In this document: in pieces, positions 34,688 to 42,731 of the stretch
How positions within the stretch are numbered: position 1 is the first letter of the stretch
Layout of the letters: the number at the start of each line of letters is the position of its first letter
Assembly: GCA_045632205.1 (NCBI GenBank)
Contig: JAZQWH010000005.1
Location: forward strand, 1 to 46,077
Direction: 5' to 3'
Source: Eubacteriales bacterium
GTDB lineage: Bacteria > Bacillota > Clostridia > Oscillospirales > CAG-272
DNA length: 46,077 bases
The notes under the pieces: model-generated
Told to the model about the DNA's origin: nothing
The model's input: only the letters and a program-made list of their open reading frames with translations
The model's database searches: none
Position numbers and translations under genes: made by a program

Positions 34688-35344
34688 CTACCCTCTTTTT
34701 TTTGCCCATTTTCCAAGCATCAGGTCTTGTCTCATTGCTTCGGCTTTTATCGCCGGAGTGGGCGGGCGACCCATCGTATGATAGTGAATCGAAAAATACT
34801 TGTCGAAATCGACGCCGCTGTAATCTATATGAGGATTCATGCGCGGCGCGGCGATTTGCATGTACTCGCGCGCATTGATGCCGGGAAGTTTCCGGTTGTA
34901 TAGCACATTCAACGCCGATTGTCCGTTTTCTATTCGCGGCTGTAGTTCATCGAGCGCATCCAACACCGAATGAGTTTCGCTTGTCGCGGTAAAGATGATA
35001 AAATCGCCGTTCAAAACTCCGCCGCCGTATTCATGACACATCGTGATTCCCGGACGGTCAATAAACGATTCTACCGGGATGGAAAAACGCCGGATGATGA
35101 TGTCAGCCCCGAGAACTACAACGAACGGAAACTCCAAGATAAATTTACGGACGCGCGCTGTGTCGATAAAAGGATTGTAAGGCTCGTTAATGCTCACCAA
35201 TTTGTAATTATGCCGCGCGCAGTATGCACAATGATTCTGCAAACTTAAATCGTACACATCTTTGTTGTTTGCGCTGTAACTGACAACAAAAAAACCCTTG
35301 TACATAGTTTGTTGCAACCTCCGCAAAATATTTTTTTTGGACAA
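34688..35344 (-). CDS. Glycosyltransferase-like protein (GT34/DUF273-like, tentative); last gene of the early operon
   Basis: ..LQNHCAYCARHNYKL.. and ..VVVLGADIII.. patterns. Confidence 0.4.
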   Translation of the reverse strand: MSKKNILRRLQQTMYKGFFVVSYSANNKDVYDLSLQNHCAYCARHNYKLVSINEPYNPFIDTARVRKFILEFPFVVVLGADIIIRRFSIPVESFIDRPGITMCHEYGGGVLNGDFIIFTATSETHSVLDALDELQPRIENGQSALNVLYNRKLPGINAREYMQIAAPRMNPHIDYSGVDFDKYFSIHYHTMGRPPTPAIKAEAMRQDLMLGKWAKKRG

Positions 35345-35348
35345 TTAA

Positions 35349-35690
35349 TTATGGTTGACAGTTGGGCTTGTACTGCAACAGTCTGCCCTGCGCCATCAGC
35401 CTCGCACGCTGCCGTTTGTGCGTGGATGTATAGTCGAAGCGTATTTTGGTCGCGGTGGCATAGCGCACCATTCCCGGTTCACCCTCGACCACGGCTTTCA
35501 ACAATGCGGCGACCCCGGTGTATTCATATCCGGCGCGAAGTTTCCGGCGTTGATCGGGGGCAGCCCCGGAAAGCCGCGCAAACTCGGCGCTCCGACACTT
35601 CTTGCACCAGCGATGACCTTTGTCGTAGATCGGGGACAGGCGCCGGGTGTGGCACTTTTCGCAAATCAACGTCGGTTTGTCATTTTCCAT
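35349..35690 (-). CDS. Zinc-finger protein (CxxC..CxxC), 113 aa
   Basis: LICEKCH...WCKKCR. Confidence 0.55.
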   Translation of the reverse strand: MENDKPTLICEKCHTRRLSPIYDKGHRWCKKCRSAEFARLSGAAPDQRRKLRAGYEYTGVAALLKAVVEGEPGMVRYATATKIRFDYTSTHKRQRARLMAQGRLLQYKPNCQP

Positions 35691-35705
35691 GTGACACCCG
35701 ATGTT

Positions 35706-36038
35706 TTATTTAAGAAGTTCATCTATTCTTACTTTTTTTAATCCATCCGGGATTTCTCCCGTATATGAAAGCAATACCCAATACCTATGATCGAAAATAT
35801 TGGAAAAAGAAACCATGATATTTTTTTCTATACAGAAATCAATAAAATCTTTTATTTTTCCACATCTTCCTGTAAATACAATACTGTGTTGTGAGTTTGC
35901 TACGAGTTTTTTGTGATCTTTGAATTCCCTAATGACATTCTGCACTTGAGGTATTGCCAAGTGTTTCGGAGAAACACATAACATTAAATCGTGATTTTCT
36001 ATATAATAAGCATCATCATCAAATGAAAAAATTCCCAT
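35706..36038 (-). CDS. Hypothetical protein, 110 aa, low-GC island
   Basis: ORF track. Clearly AT-rich compared with its neighbours. Confidence 0.55.
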   Translation of the reverse strand: MGIFSFDDDAYYIENHDLMLCVSPKHLAIPQVQNVIREFKDHKKLVANSQHSIVFTGRCGKIKDFIDFCIEKNIMVSFSNIFDHRYWVLLSYTGEIPDGLKKVRIDELLK

Positions 36039-36051
36039 GTCCTACCCCCCC

Positions 36052-36129
36052 CTATCTGCTCGCGCACCATGCCACAAAACACAGCGTCAACATCGCCGCC
36101 ATACCAAACAGACATTCCCAACAGTTCAT
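36052..36129 (-). CDS. Micro-ORF, 25 aa, hydrophobic (MNCWECLFGMAAMLTLCFVAWCASR)
   Basis: Hand-translated. ATGA overlap with the SPFH gene stop. Confidence 0.3.
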   Translation of the reverse strand: MNCWECLFGMAAMLTLCFVAWCASR

Positions 36130-36614
36130 TTTCTTTTCCCCGCTTCAAGTATCGGCAACCCGGCTTCGGTCGGCACATAGATAACGTTCTGCTTGTTGTC
36201 GTTGAGGCTGTTGATCCACAGATAGCGCAGATAACCGTCGTTCCCTTTTAGCGATTCTCCGATGATCCGATTGCTTTCTGCCACGCCCTTTGCGCGTATG
36301 ATCTCGGCTTCGGCAAGTTGCTTGGCGCTTTCCTTCTTCGCTTCGGCTTCGGACACGGCGATCTTTCGGTTTTGCTCGGCGCGGGCAAGTTCCGCCTGCC
36401 CTTTCATCCGCTGTTGCCATACGGCGTAGCGCGGACAGCCGAACAGCCCCAACGCAATCAAACACCCTAAAAGCAACCCTGCGGCGACTATCCATTTTGT
36501 CATAATTGTCCTCTCTTTTTTTTTCGCGTGTTCGTCAATAAGTTTGCTCATCGCGTTATAATCGCCTTTGTCGTAAAGTCCTTTGAGCATTCCATAATAT
36601 TGTTGTTCGTTCAT
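36126..36614 (-). CDS. SPFH/band-7 (prohibitin-like) membrane protein
   Basis: TM WIVAAGLLLGCLIALGLF. Then ..AELARAEQNRKIAVSEAEAKKESAKQLAEAEIIRAKGVAESNRIIGESL..YLRYLWI...NVIYVPTE. Confidence 0.65.
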   Translation of the reverse strand: MNEQQYYGMLKGLYDKGDYNAMSKLIDEHAKKKERTIMTKWIVAAGLLLGCLIALGLFGCPRYAVWQQRMKGQAELARAEQNRKIAVSEAEAKKESAKQLAEAEIIRAKGVAESNRIIGESLKGNDGYLRYLWINSLNDNKQNVIYVPTEAGLPILEAGKRK

Positions 36615-37044
36615 ATCCCCAATGCTCCTATGTTGAATCCCTCGCGGCTGATGAAGTCGCTTATGCTGATCTCACGTTTCGGCGGCGGTTCGACGTGTTT
36701 CCCGACGATCCCGCTGCCGCGCAGATAGCGCATGTTGATCTTGCGCGCCTCGTGCTGGAGCGAATCGAAATCGCGCTTACGGTTGAGCGCCTTTTCGCGC
36801 GTTTCGACCATTTTCTTGCGCAGATGCGGGTGATCACGGCGCACTTGGAGCAGTACATCCCGCGACGGTCAACCGCTTTGCCGCAGCAGGGACACTCCTT
36901 TTCGCCGCCCGCCATCAGCCGCGCCTTTCTGCGGGCGTGAAGTTCGCGCCAGTACGCGTGCTGACATTCGTCGCAATAGCCGTAGCGCGTTGCTTTGGGG
37001 CGCTTCTTGCAGCGCGGACAGATGGAACTTGTCGGTCTGCTCAC
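36611..37044 (-). pseudogene. Zinc-ribbon protein split over two frames (frame A 37044-36661, frame B 36844-36611): frameshift, error or overlapping genes
   Basis: Frame A is convincing only up to ..CPCCGKAVDRRGMYCSKC. Frame B (VRRDHPHLRKKMVETREKALNRKRDFDSLQHEARK..) is protein-like and ends in an ATGA overlap with the next gene. Confidence 0.5.
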
Positions 37045-37463
37045 TTCTCCGCCTCCCGTTCGTGAATGTTGCCGACGACCTCGCGGATGTCGGCAAATTC
37101 CTCTTTGATTCTACTATATGTTGTTTCGGACATCAACTTTTCGCGGCTTGCGTTCGGGTACTCCTTTTTCAGCCATTCATAATCCGAAATGGAGAATTTC
37201 AATATACGGCGTTCGTCTTTGTGCCACAGCACAAAATACTTGTATCGAACTTCGTCTTTTTCGCCCTTGCCATAGCAACACTCGACGATGTCGCCCTCGT
37301 AGATCAGTTTGCCGTTCTTGTCCTTGCATCCGGTGCATTGTTCGATGATGTAATTTCCGGTTCCGGAAATCTTCCCGGTGCGCCCGTCGAGCAGCGCCCC
37401 TTCGGCGATATATTCCCCAGCGTCGTTGTCCCACACGCGGAACTTGAATCGGTCGTTATTCAT
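37041..37463 (-). CDS. YopX family protein
   Basis: FKFRVWDN...QCTGCKDKNGKLIYEGDIV. Confidence 0.8.
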   Translation of the reverse strand: MNNDRFKFRVWDNDAGEYIAEGALLDGRTGKISGTGNYIIEQCTGCKDKNGKLIYEGDIVECCYGKGEKDEVRYKYFVLWHKDERRILKFSISDYEWLKKEYPNASREKLMSETTYSRIKEEFADIREVVGNIHEREAEK

Positions 37464-37617
37464 CGTAGTTCCCCACATGGTCTTGAAAGAGTTTAATCAT
37501 CATGAGCGCGGTAAGCAGCGCCGGATTGTCCTTTTCTCCGCAAGGGTTTTCGACGTGCAGATTCAGGTTATCCCCGTCGTAAGAGATTTCAATAGTAACC
37601 TTTTTGTCGTTATTCAT
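37456..37617 (-). CDS. Hypothetical 53-aa protein
   Basis: Hand-translated as MNNDKKVTIEISYDGDNLNLHVENPCGEKDNPALLTALMMIKLFQDHVGNYDE. GGGGGTGAAAG lies before the ATG. Confidence 0.45.
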   Translation of the reverse strand: MNNDKKVTIEISYDGDNLNLHVENPCGEKDNPALLTALMMIKLFQDHVGNYDE

Positions 37618-37768
37618 CTTTCACCCCCTGTTTGAGCCAGTTTGTAATCCACTTTTTACAATCTGATGTCCCACAATGAACTTCATGAGGACATTTTGAG
37701 CAGGCAGTAGGAATCGTAAAAAAAGATGTTGCAACCACATCTTTTCGCGCCTTGTCGCCTTTAATCAT
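37610..37768 (-). CDS. Cys-rich 52-aa protein
   Basis: MIKGDKARKDVV...CSKCPHEVHCGTSDC. ATGA overlap upstream. Confidence 0.45.
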   Translation of the reverse strand: MIKGDKARKDVVATSFFTIPTACSKCPHEVHCGTSDCKKWITNWLKQGVKDE

Positions 37769-37899
37769 TCCTCTCCCCGTGCTTTCTTCAACCACTTTCT
37801 GCCATTCTTCACAAACTCGGCATACTCACATTGCCCAACATTACGAAAAATATAGCAATCACCTTTCGTCATATAGGTACACCAACTGCAATATTTCAT
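37765..37899 (-). CDS. Cys-rich 44-aa protein
   Basis: Hand-translated as MKYCSWCTYMTKGDCYIFRNVGQCEYAEFVKNGRKWLKKARGEE. ATGA overlaps at both ends. Confidence 0.4.
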   Translation of the reverse strand: MKYCSWCTYMTKGDCYIFRNVGQCEYAEFVKNGRKWLKKARGEE

Positions 37900-38201
37900 T
37901 CCTCACCTCGCGCTTTCTTGAGTACCGCGCTGGCTTCGTCCATTGCTTCTTGCGCGACATAAACAATGCAATCCGGCACGCGATCCGCATTGCACAGCAC
38001 ATCGTCCATCGCTGACATGAGGTCTTCCAACGCTTCGTACATCTCCGGCGCGGCGGCGATCAGACGGGCGTTCGCATCGGTTTCGCGGACTTCTGCCTGC
38101 GGGCAGATCGCGCCGATCTCGACATCGACATCATTCCGGATGGTAAGGACGCTCATTTTGACCTCCGAGTGCCATTCTCCCGGCGTGAATTTTTCTTTCA
38201 T
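37896..38201 (-). CDS. Hypothetical phage protein (..GEW...ANARLIAAAPEMYEAL.. family)
   Basis: The motif is common in phage hypothetical proteins. Confidence 0.6.
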   Translation of the reverse strand: MKEKFTPGEWHSEVKMSVLTIRNDVDVEIGAICPQAEVRETDANARLIAAAPEMYEALEDLMSAMDDVLCNADRVPDCIVYVAQEAMDEASAVLKKARGEE

Positions 38202-38440
38202 TCTTCCTTTCCCTCTCCCTCGTTTTCGTTTTCTTCCTCGTTCAATCTGTCCATCACTCCGAAGTCGCGCCCTTCGTCCTCATCGTCGAAATCGTCCGGC
38301 GAAGCGAACAGCGACCCGCGCGAACCGTCGCGGTCGTAAGGCTTCGGGTTGACGGCGACGTAACCCAAGTACCCGCATTCCGGGCATGCGTCGTCATCGT
38401 GGACGCGCCCGCACAGCGTACAGCGTTTAACGATCCTCAT
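38198..38440 (-). CDS. Zinc-ribbon protein with acidic tail
   Basis: CTLCG...CPECG, then a D/E-rich C-terminus. Confidence 0.55.
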   Translation of the reverse strand: MRIVKRCTLCGRVHDDDACPECGYLGYVAVNPKPYDRDGSRGSLFASPDDFDDEDEGRDFGVMDRLNEEENENEGEGKEE

Positions 38441-38860
38441 CTACTCGCCCTCCTTCCAAATTTCCACTTTGCAGACCGCGCCCGGCTGCTGCCGGTACTC
38501 CCACTCGATGCCGAGGTGTTCGGCGTCGTCCCGTCCGAGGACGCGGGCGATCTCGTCCCGGAGCGGCTTGAATCCGCCCACAAGATTATCACGGTCGAGC
38601 GGGATGCCGCGATAGCCTCGCGTAAACTTGACCCGCAAGCGTCCATCAATTTGCGGTAGCGCCTTGATAGCGCGCAACGCTGGCCGTAGTGCATCCGCAG
38701 TAGCCGGTTCAGGCTTGGCGCCTCGCACCCCGGCAGCAGCATGGTCACTTTTGCCCTTGCCGCAGACGGCGCACTTCCCGTTTGGCGTGTAGTATGCTCC
38801 ATCGCATCCCTCCCACAATCCGAAATTATCGGCGTTGATCGTTGTCTTTTTCGTTGTCAT
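38441..38860 (-). CDS. RusA-like Holliday junction resolvase (tentative)
   Basis: ..GIPLDRDNLVGGFKPLRDEIARVLGRDDAEHLGIEWEYRQ.. resembles the RusA core. Confidence 0.5.
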   Translation of the reverse strand: MTTKKTTINADNFGLWEGCDGAYYTPNGKCAVCGKGKSDHAAAGVRGAKPEPATADALRPALRAIKALPQIDGRLRVKFTRGYRGIPLDRDNLVGGFKPLRDEIARVLGRDDAEHLGIEWEYRQQPGAVCKVEIWKEGE

Positions 38861-39635
38861 TCTCTCTCCACGGCACTTGCCGTATCTGCAAATCTTCCGG
38901 GAATTTTTCAATGTCCTTAACAAGTTTTCCGTCAATGTCGAGCTGCTTCACGAAGACCGGAACATTGGCTTTGCCGCATTGCCAAACAATGTTGCGCACC
39001 CATTCCAGCTTGCACGGGCGGCGGTTGGTGCCGCTCTCCGCGCCTACGACCACCCAATCGAATTTGTCGCGGTATTGCCAGTCGTACCGGGGCGCGACAT
39101 ACTGATTGTCGAAGCCTCGCTTTTGGTGTTCGGTGAGCAGATAAGGCGCGATGTTGACCGGGGCAAGCAGCGGTTCCAGACTGATCCACTTTTTGCGCGC
39201 GCCGGTTTTCATGATCTGCGGGGCGCGGCTCGCCAGCCGCTCCTGATTTTCCGCAGTAACCCCGAAAAAGACGTGTTCCAATGCCAGCAGATCGTCCGGC
39301 AAATCCCGGAGCCGTCCCGCGCGCTTGGTGAGGACGAGGTTGGTCGCCGTTGGCGACAGCACGGAGATCCATTCGTGGATGCTCAAGCCATCGACCCACT
39401 CTCCGATGATGTCGGTCATGTTGCCGACGAAGACCACACCGCTTTTCGGCGGCATCTTGAGGTGCTTCGGCGGATGCGGCTCGAAGCCGCCGTCAGCGCT
39501 CTGCAACTCCGGGTACTGCGCCGCCATCCGCGCCGCGTAACAGTTCGCGCACCCCTCGCTGATCTTGCGGCACCCGATCATCGGGTTCCACGCATGATCC
39601 CAATACTTCGCGCCCTTGTGCCATTCGTCGATCAT
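38826..39635 (-). CDS. Phage Gp37/Gp68 family protein (DUF5131)
   Basis: WDHAWNPMIGCRKISEGCANCYAARMA. Confidence 0.8.
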   Translation of the reverse strand: MIDEWHKGAKYWDHAWNPMIGCRKISEGCANCYAARMAAQYPELQSADGGFEPHPPKHLKMPPKSGVVFVGNMTDIIGEWVDGLSIHEWISVLSPTATNLVLTKRAGRLRDLPDDLLALEHVFFGVTAENQERLASRAPQIMKTGARKKWISLEPLLAPVNIAPYLLTEHQKRGFDNQYVAPRYDWQYRDKFDWVVVGAESGTNRRPCKLEWVRNIVWQCGKANVPVFVKQLDIDGKLVKDIEKFPEDLQIRQVPWRENDNEKDNDQRR

Positions 39636-39760
39636 TTCCCGTCCCTCCGGCTTTCTCTCAAAAGGCTGATACCAAATGCGACAAGCAGGAAAGCGGTCGC
39701 AAGCACCAATGCCAATACTGCCGTCAGCAACATCGCACCTACAAAATCCATCAACATCAT
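39632..39760 (-). CDS. Micro-ORF, 42 aa, TM (MMLMDFVGAMLLTAVLALVLATAFLLVAFGISLLRESRRDGK)
   Basis: Hand-translated. ATGA overlaps at both ends. Confidence 0.4.
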   Translation of the reverse strand: MMLMDFVGAMLLTAVLALVLATAFLLVAFGISLLRESRRDGK

Positions 39761-40227
39761 TTCGTCTGCGTCTCCTTTGCGATCATCAGCAGGATCAAAT
39801 ATCCCGCCAAGTCCATCACTGCGTCTTCATCGTCGTCGTTCTGCCGGTTCTGGATGCGGCTCAATTTGTCGTCGATGCGGACGAGTATCTGCTCCACGGA
39901 GTTCGCCTTGCTGAACACCCGGCACGGGTTCAGCGCGGAATCGCCGTACTTACGGTTCTTCTCCAAGAGCATTGCCTTGAGTTCGTCGCACTTGGATTCG
40001 ATTGCGCCATACGTCCCGCCGCGACAGAGAAATTTGCCGCAAGCCTCGGCGGGGCTTCTCGCCTCGACAAATCCGTACACATAGTCCGCGTTTTCCAGTT
40101 TGCGTATGACATAGAGTTCGCTTTCGGCATACCAGTATTGGATGCCTCCCTCCTGCCAGTTACGCCAGAGCAAATCTTTTCTGCTCGTCAGGAAGTCAGC
40201 CACATCATGTATCTGCTGGAAGTCCAT
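39757..40227 (-). CDS. DUF1599-like protein
   Basis: ..EKNRKYGDSALNP...VRIDDKLSRI....EDAVMDLAGYLILL. Confidence 0.6.
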   Translation of the reverse strand: MDFQQIHDVADFLTSRKDLLWRNWQEGGIQYWYAESELYVIRKLENADYVYGFVEARSPAEACGKFLCRGGTYGAIESKCDELKAMLLEKNRKYGDSALNPCRVFSKANSVEQILVRIDDKLSRIQNRQNDDDEDAVMDLAGYLILLMIAKETQTK

Positions 40228-40230
40228 TTG

Positions 40231-40584
40231 TCATGCCCTCCACCAGACGCATCCGAAGCGGCTGTCATTGTCCAAGTCTTTTTTCATCTTGCCGTCAAAC
40301 AGCATATTGTCGGGCAGACACTCCCATATCCACAGCGGAATGCACATCTCGGTATCGCCCTCTTCAAATTTGCGGAACCCGAGCGCGAACTTTTCCTCTT
40401 CGGACAGAGCAAAAACCTTGCGCCAGAAGTCTTCTCCAAACTCTTTGTCCGCCCGGATCTTCTCGAAGCACTTTTTGACTTCTTCCGAACTGGTCGCGTC
40501 GCCCCACTTATAGGCGTACCCCATCGTTGCACCGTTGGCGATGTATTTCATCACCGCCAGCGCTTTACGAAAAATCATGTCCAT
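40231..40584 (-). CDS. Hypothetical protein, 117 aa
   Basis: AAAGGAG lies 8 nt before ATG 40584. Confidence 0.55.
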   Translation of the reverse strand: MDMIFRKALAVMKYIANGATMGYAYKWGDATSSEEVKKCFEKIRADKEFGEDFWRKVFALSEEEKFALGFRKFEEGDTEMCIPLWIWECLPDNMLFDGKMKKDLDNDSRFGCVWWRA

Positions 40585-40598
40585 AGTTTTTTCTCCTT

Positions 40599-41282
40599 TC
40601 AAAAAAGTTTCCCTTGGCTCGAATAAGCCTCGAAGCGTTGTTTCCCGGCGGCGAAGTAAGCGGGGTCGATCTCACACAAATCGAAAATCCCGTCGCCGTA
40701 GTCATACGCGGCGATGGCGCTGGACATGCTGCCGCCGTGAGTGTCCAGCACCTTGTCGCCCTCCTTGACGAACTCGCGGAAGATCCATTTGTAGAGCATC
40801 ACCGGCTTCTGTGTCGGATGGATGCGCTCTTCCCGCAGATGCTTCGAATTCTGCGGGACGTTGTACTCCGTCATGGATTTTCCTTGGAGCATACCGTTCC
40901 ACATGAACCGGAAGATGCGGATGCGCTTTATCATCGAGCAGTAGGCGATCTCGCAGTCGGAGAACTGTGTGCCGTTGTCGCAGCACTTGTCCCAGACGAT
41001 GCGCCCGGAGCCGGGGCAGATGTGGAAATAATTGATGCCCCAGATGATTTGCGCTTTCGACACGCGGAAAAGCTCGCGGAAGTACGCCTCGGTCGGCGGT
41101 TCCCAATGCGGCATGTCGTATTTGCGCCGCCGGATTCCGGTGGTGGAAATGTCGCCTCCCGGCACGATGATGGTGCGGGCGTCGGGATAGTACGGCGGAT
41201 CGACGACCGCCAGATCGTAGTATTGATCCGGGATGTCGGCCATGAACGCCATGCAATCGCAGTTGTGCAAATTCACGTCCAT
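40599..41282 (-). CDS. DNA methyltransferase, N6-adenine/N4-cytosine type (beta class)
   Basis: DLAVVDPPYY, IIWGINYF, HPTQKPVML, VLDTHGGSMSSAIAA. Confidence 0.85.
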   Translation of the reverse strand: MDVNLHNCDCMAFMADIPDQYYDLAVVDPPYYPDARTIIVPGGDISTTGIRRRKYDMPHWEPPTEAYFRELFRVSKAQIIWGINYFHICPGSGRIVWDKCCDNGTQFSDCEIAYCSMIKRIRIFRFMWNGMLQGKSMTEYNVPQNSKHLREERIHPTQKPVMLYKWIFREFVKEGDKVLDTHGGSMSSAIAAYDYGDGIFDLCEIDPAYFAAGKQRFEAYSSQGKLF

Positions 41283-41283
41283 C

Positions 41284-41982
41284 TTACAACTCCACATTCC
41301 CCTCGATCACGAACGGCGGCAACGTCTTGAACATCTCCGCGATCCCGCTGTCCAGCATGGCGATTTCCCGGTCGATCTTCGCTTGGAATTTCTCGTCGCG
41401 GATAGCCCAATGCTGATCGAGAATTTCACGGAGCTGCCAGTCGGCCACGTAGCCGGAATGCCGGATTGCTTTGATCCAGTCTTGGAAGAGCTTTCCCGCC
41501 AGTCGCGGATCGGCTTGACCGGCATGGTATGTCCGCCCTTTGTAGGTCGTGTCGCAGTCGAGCACCGGCCCCCATGACAACAGCTCCTCGACGTTTTCGA
41601 CGAACATTCGGCGGCATTTGGTCAGTGTCAGGAACGGCAGCACGTCCCAGGGTTGTGAGCGCAACTGTTCGCTCCGAGGCACTCCGCCCGCCGCGTTGGA
41701 ATGGTGGGTGCAGCTTGGCGACGCCCAAAGAAGATCCAGCCGCGTCGGATCATCGTCGAAGACGCTCTGCGGTCGTCCGGCGACTTCGCGGATGTCGACA
41801 CAGGCGCGATCGAAGTCCGGGGTGGTTTCCGGGTGGTTGGCTTGAAGCGTTTTGATCGCCAGATCCCAGTGATTGAAGCCGCGACCGTCGTATTGCATCC
41901 CTGCTTCTTTGAGCGCGGCGATTTCGCCCGTAATGGAACCGCCGCCGCCGCAGAACAGGTCAATAAATCGGAATGGTCTCAT
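41284..41982 (-). CDS. Cytosine-5 DNA methyltransferase-like protein, short form (motifs I, IV and VI only)
   Basis: FIDLFCGGGGSITG, ASPSCTHHSNAAGG, MFVENVEEL. I found no QxRxR, TRD or GNxV motifs. Confidence 0.65.
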   Translation of the reverse strand: MRPFRFIDLFCGGGGSITGEIAALKEAGMQYDGRGFNHWDLAIKTLQANHPETTPDFDRACVDIREVAGRPQSVFDDDPTRLDLLWASPSCTHHSNAAGGVPRSEQLRSQPWDVLPFLTLTKCRRMFVENVEELLSWGPVLDCDTTYKGRTYHAGQADPRLAGKLFQDWIKAIRHSGYVADWQLREILDQHWAIRDEKFQAKIDREIAMLDSGIAEMFKTLPPFVIEGNVEL

Positions 41983-41996
41983 TTTTTCCTTGCCTC

Positions 41997-42731
41997 CTAA
42001 AAAACTTTCATACTTTCGTCAATCGGGCCGAACTTCGCCGCGAGTTCTTCGAACATGCGCCGTTTCTCGGCGGCGATCTCCTCCGGGGTCAGGCGGTGCG
42101 GCGCAGCGGGTCCCCCGGCGATCATGGAGCCGTATTTGTCCGCGAGATAGTCGCGGATCAGTTTGTCGCCGCCGACCGGATAGCCGAACGGATTGCGCGG
42201 GTCGCTCTTATCCACCGTCTCCGGCAGACAATTCTTTTGCACTTTGTTCCGCAGATCATGGTCGCCGTGATACGCCCCTTCGCAACACAATGGACAATGC
42301 CGCGCCTCCGCGAACGGATAAAGCCCTTCGCGCCCGACCGTCCGCCAGTCCTCCGGGCACTTGCGGCGGTCGCCGTCATCCTTTTGCGGTGCGAGCGTCC
42401 ACACGATACCGCCGCCACCACAGACCAAACACCGACCGTCCGTCCGCATTCCGCGCTGTTCCGCATCCCACCGCCGCTTGCGTTCCGGCAGGGAGGTGAA
42501 ATAGCACGTCTTGAACTCGTCGAGCGTCGGCACTCGGTCTTTGTAGTTCGCCTTGCCTTCCGACTTCGCGCGGTTGTACTCATCCGAAAAGTCGCGCAGC
42601 GTCTCGCGGATTGCGCGGTCGTTGCTCTTGGCGTGACCAACGAATGCCGCCCACTCGTTTACCCCGTTCGCCTCGGTGAGTTTCCACCCGAACGCGGAGT
42701 ACCAGTAGCCGTTGAATTGGTCGATGTTCAT
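41997..42731 (-). CDS. Hypothetical Cys-rich protein, 244 aa
   Basis: ORF track. Contains CLVCGGGG and CPLCC motifs. Confidence 0.6.
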   Translation of the reverse strand: MNIDQFNGYWYSAFGWKLTEANGVNEWAAFVGHAKSNDRAIRETLRDFSDEYNRAKSEGKANYKDRVPTLDEFKTCYFTSLPERKRRWDAEQRGMRTDGRCLVCGGGGIVWTLAPQKDDGDRRKCPEDWRTVGREGLYPFAEARHCPLCCEGAYHGDHDLRNKVQKNCLPETVDKSDPRNPFGYPVGGDKLIRDYLADKYGSMIAGGPAAPHRLTPEEIAAEKRRMFEELAAKFGPIDESMKVF

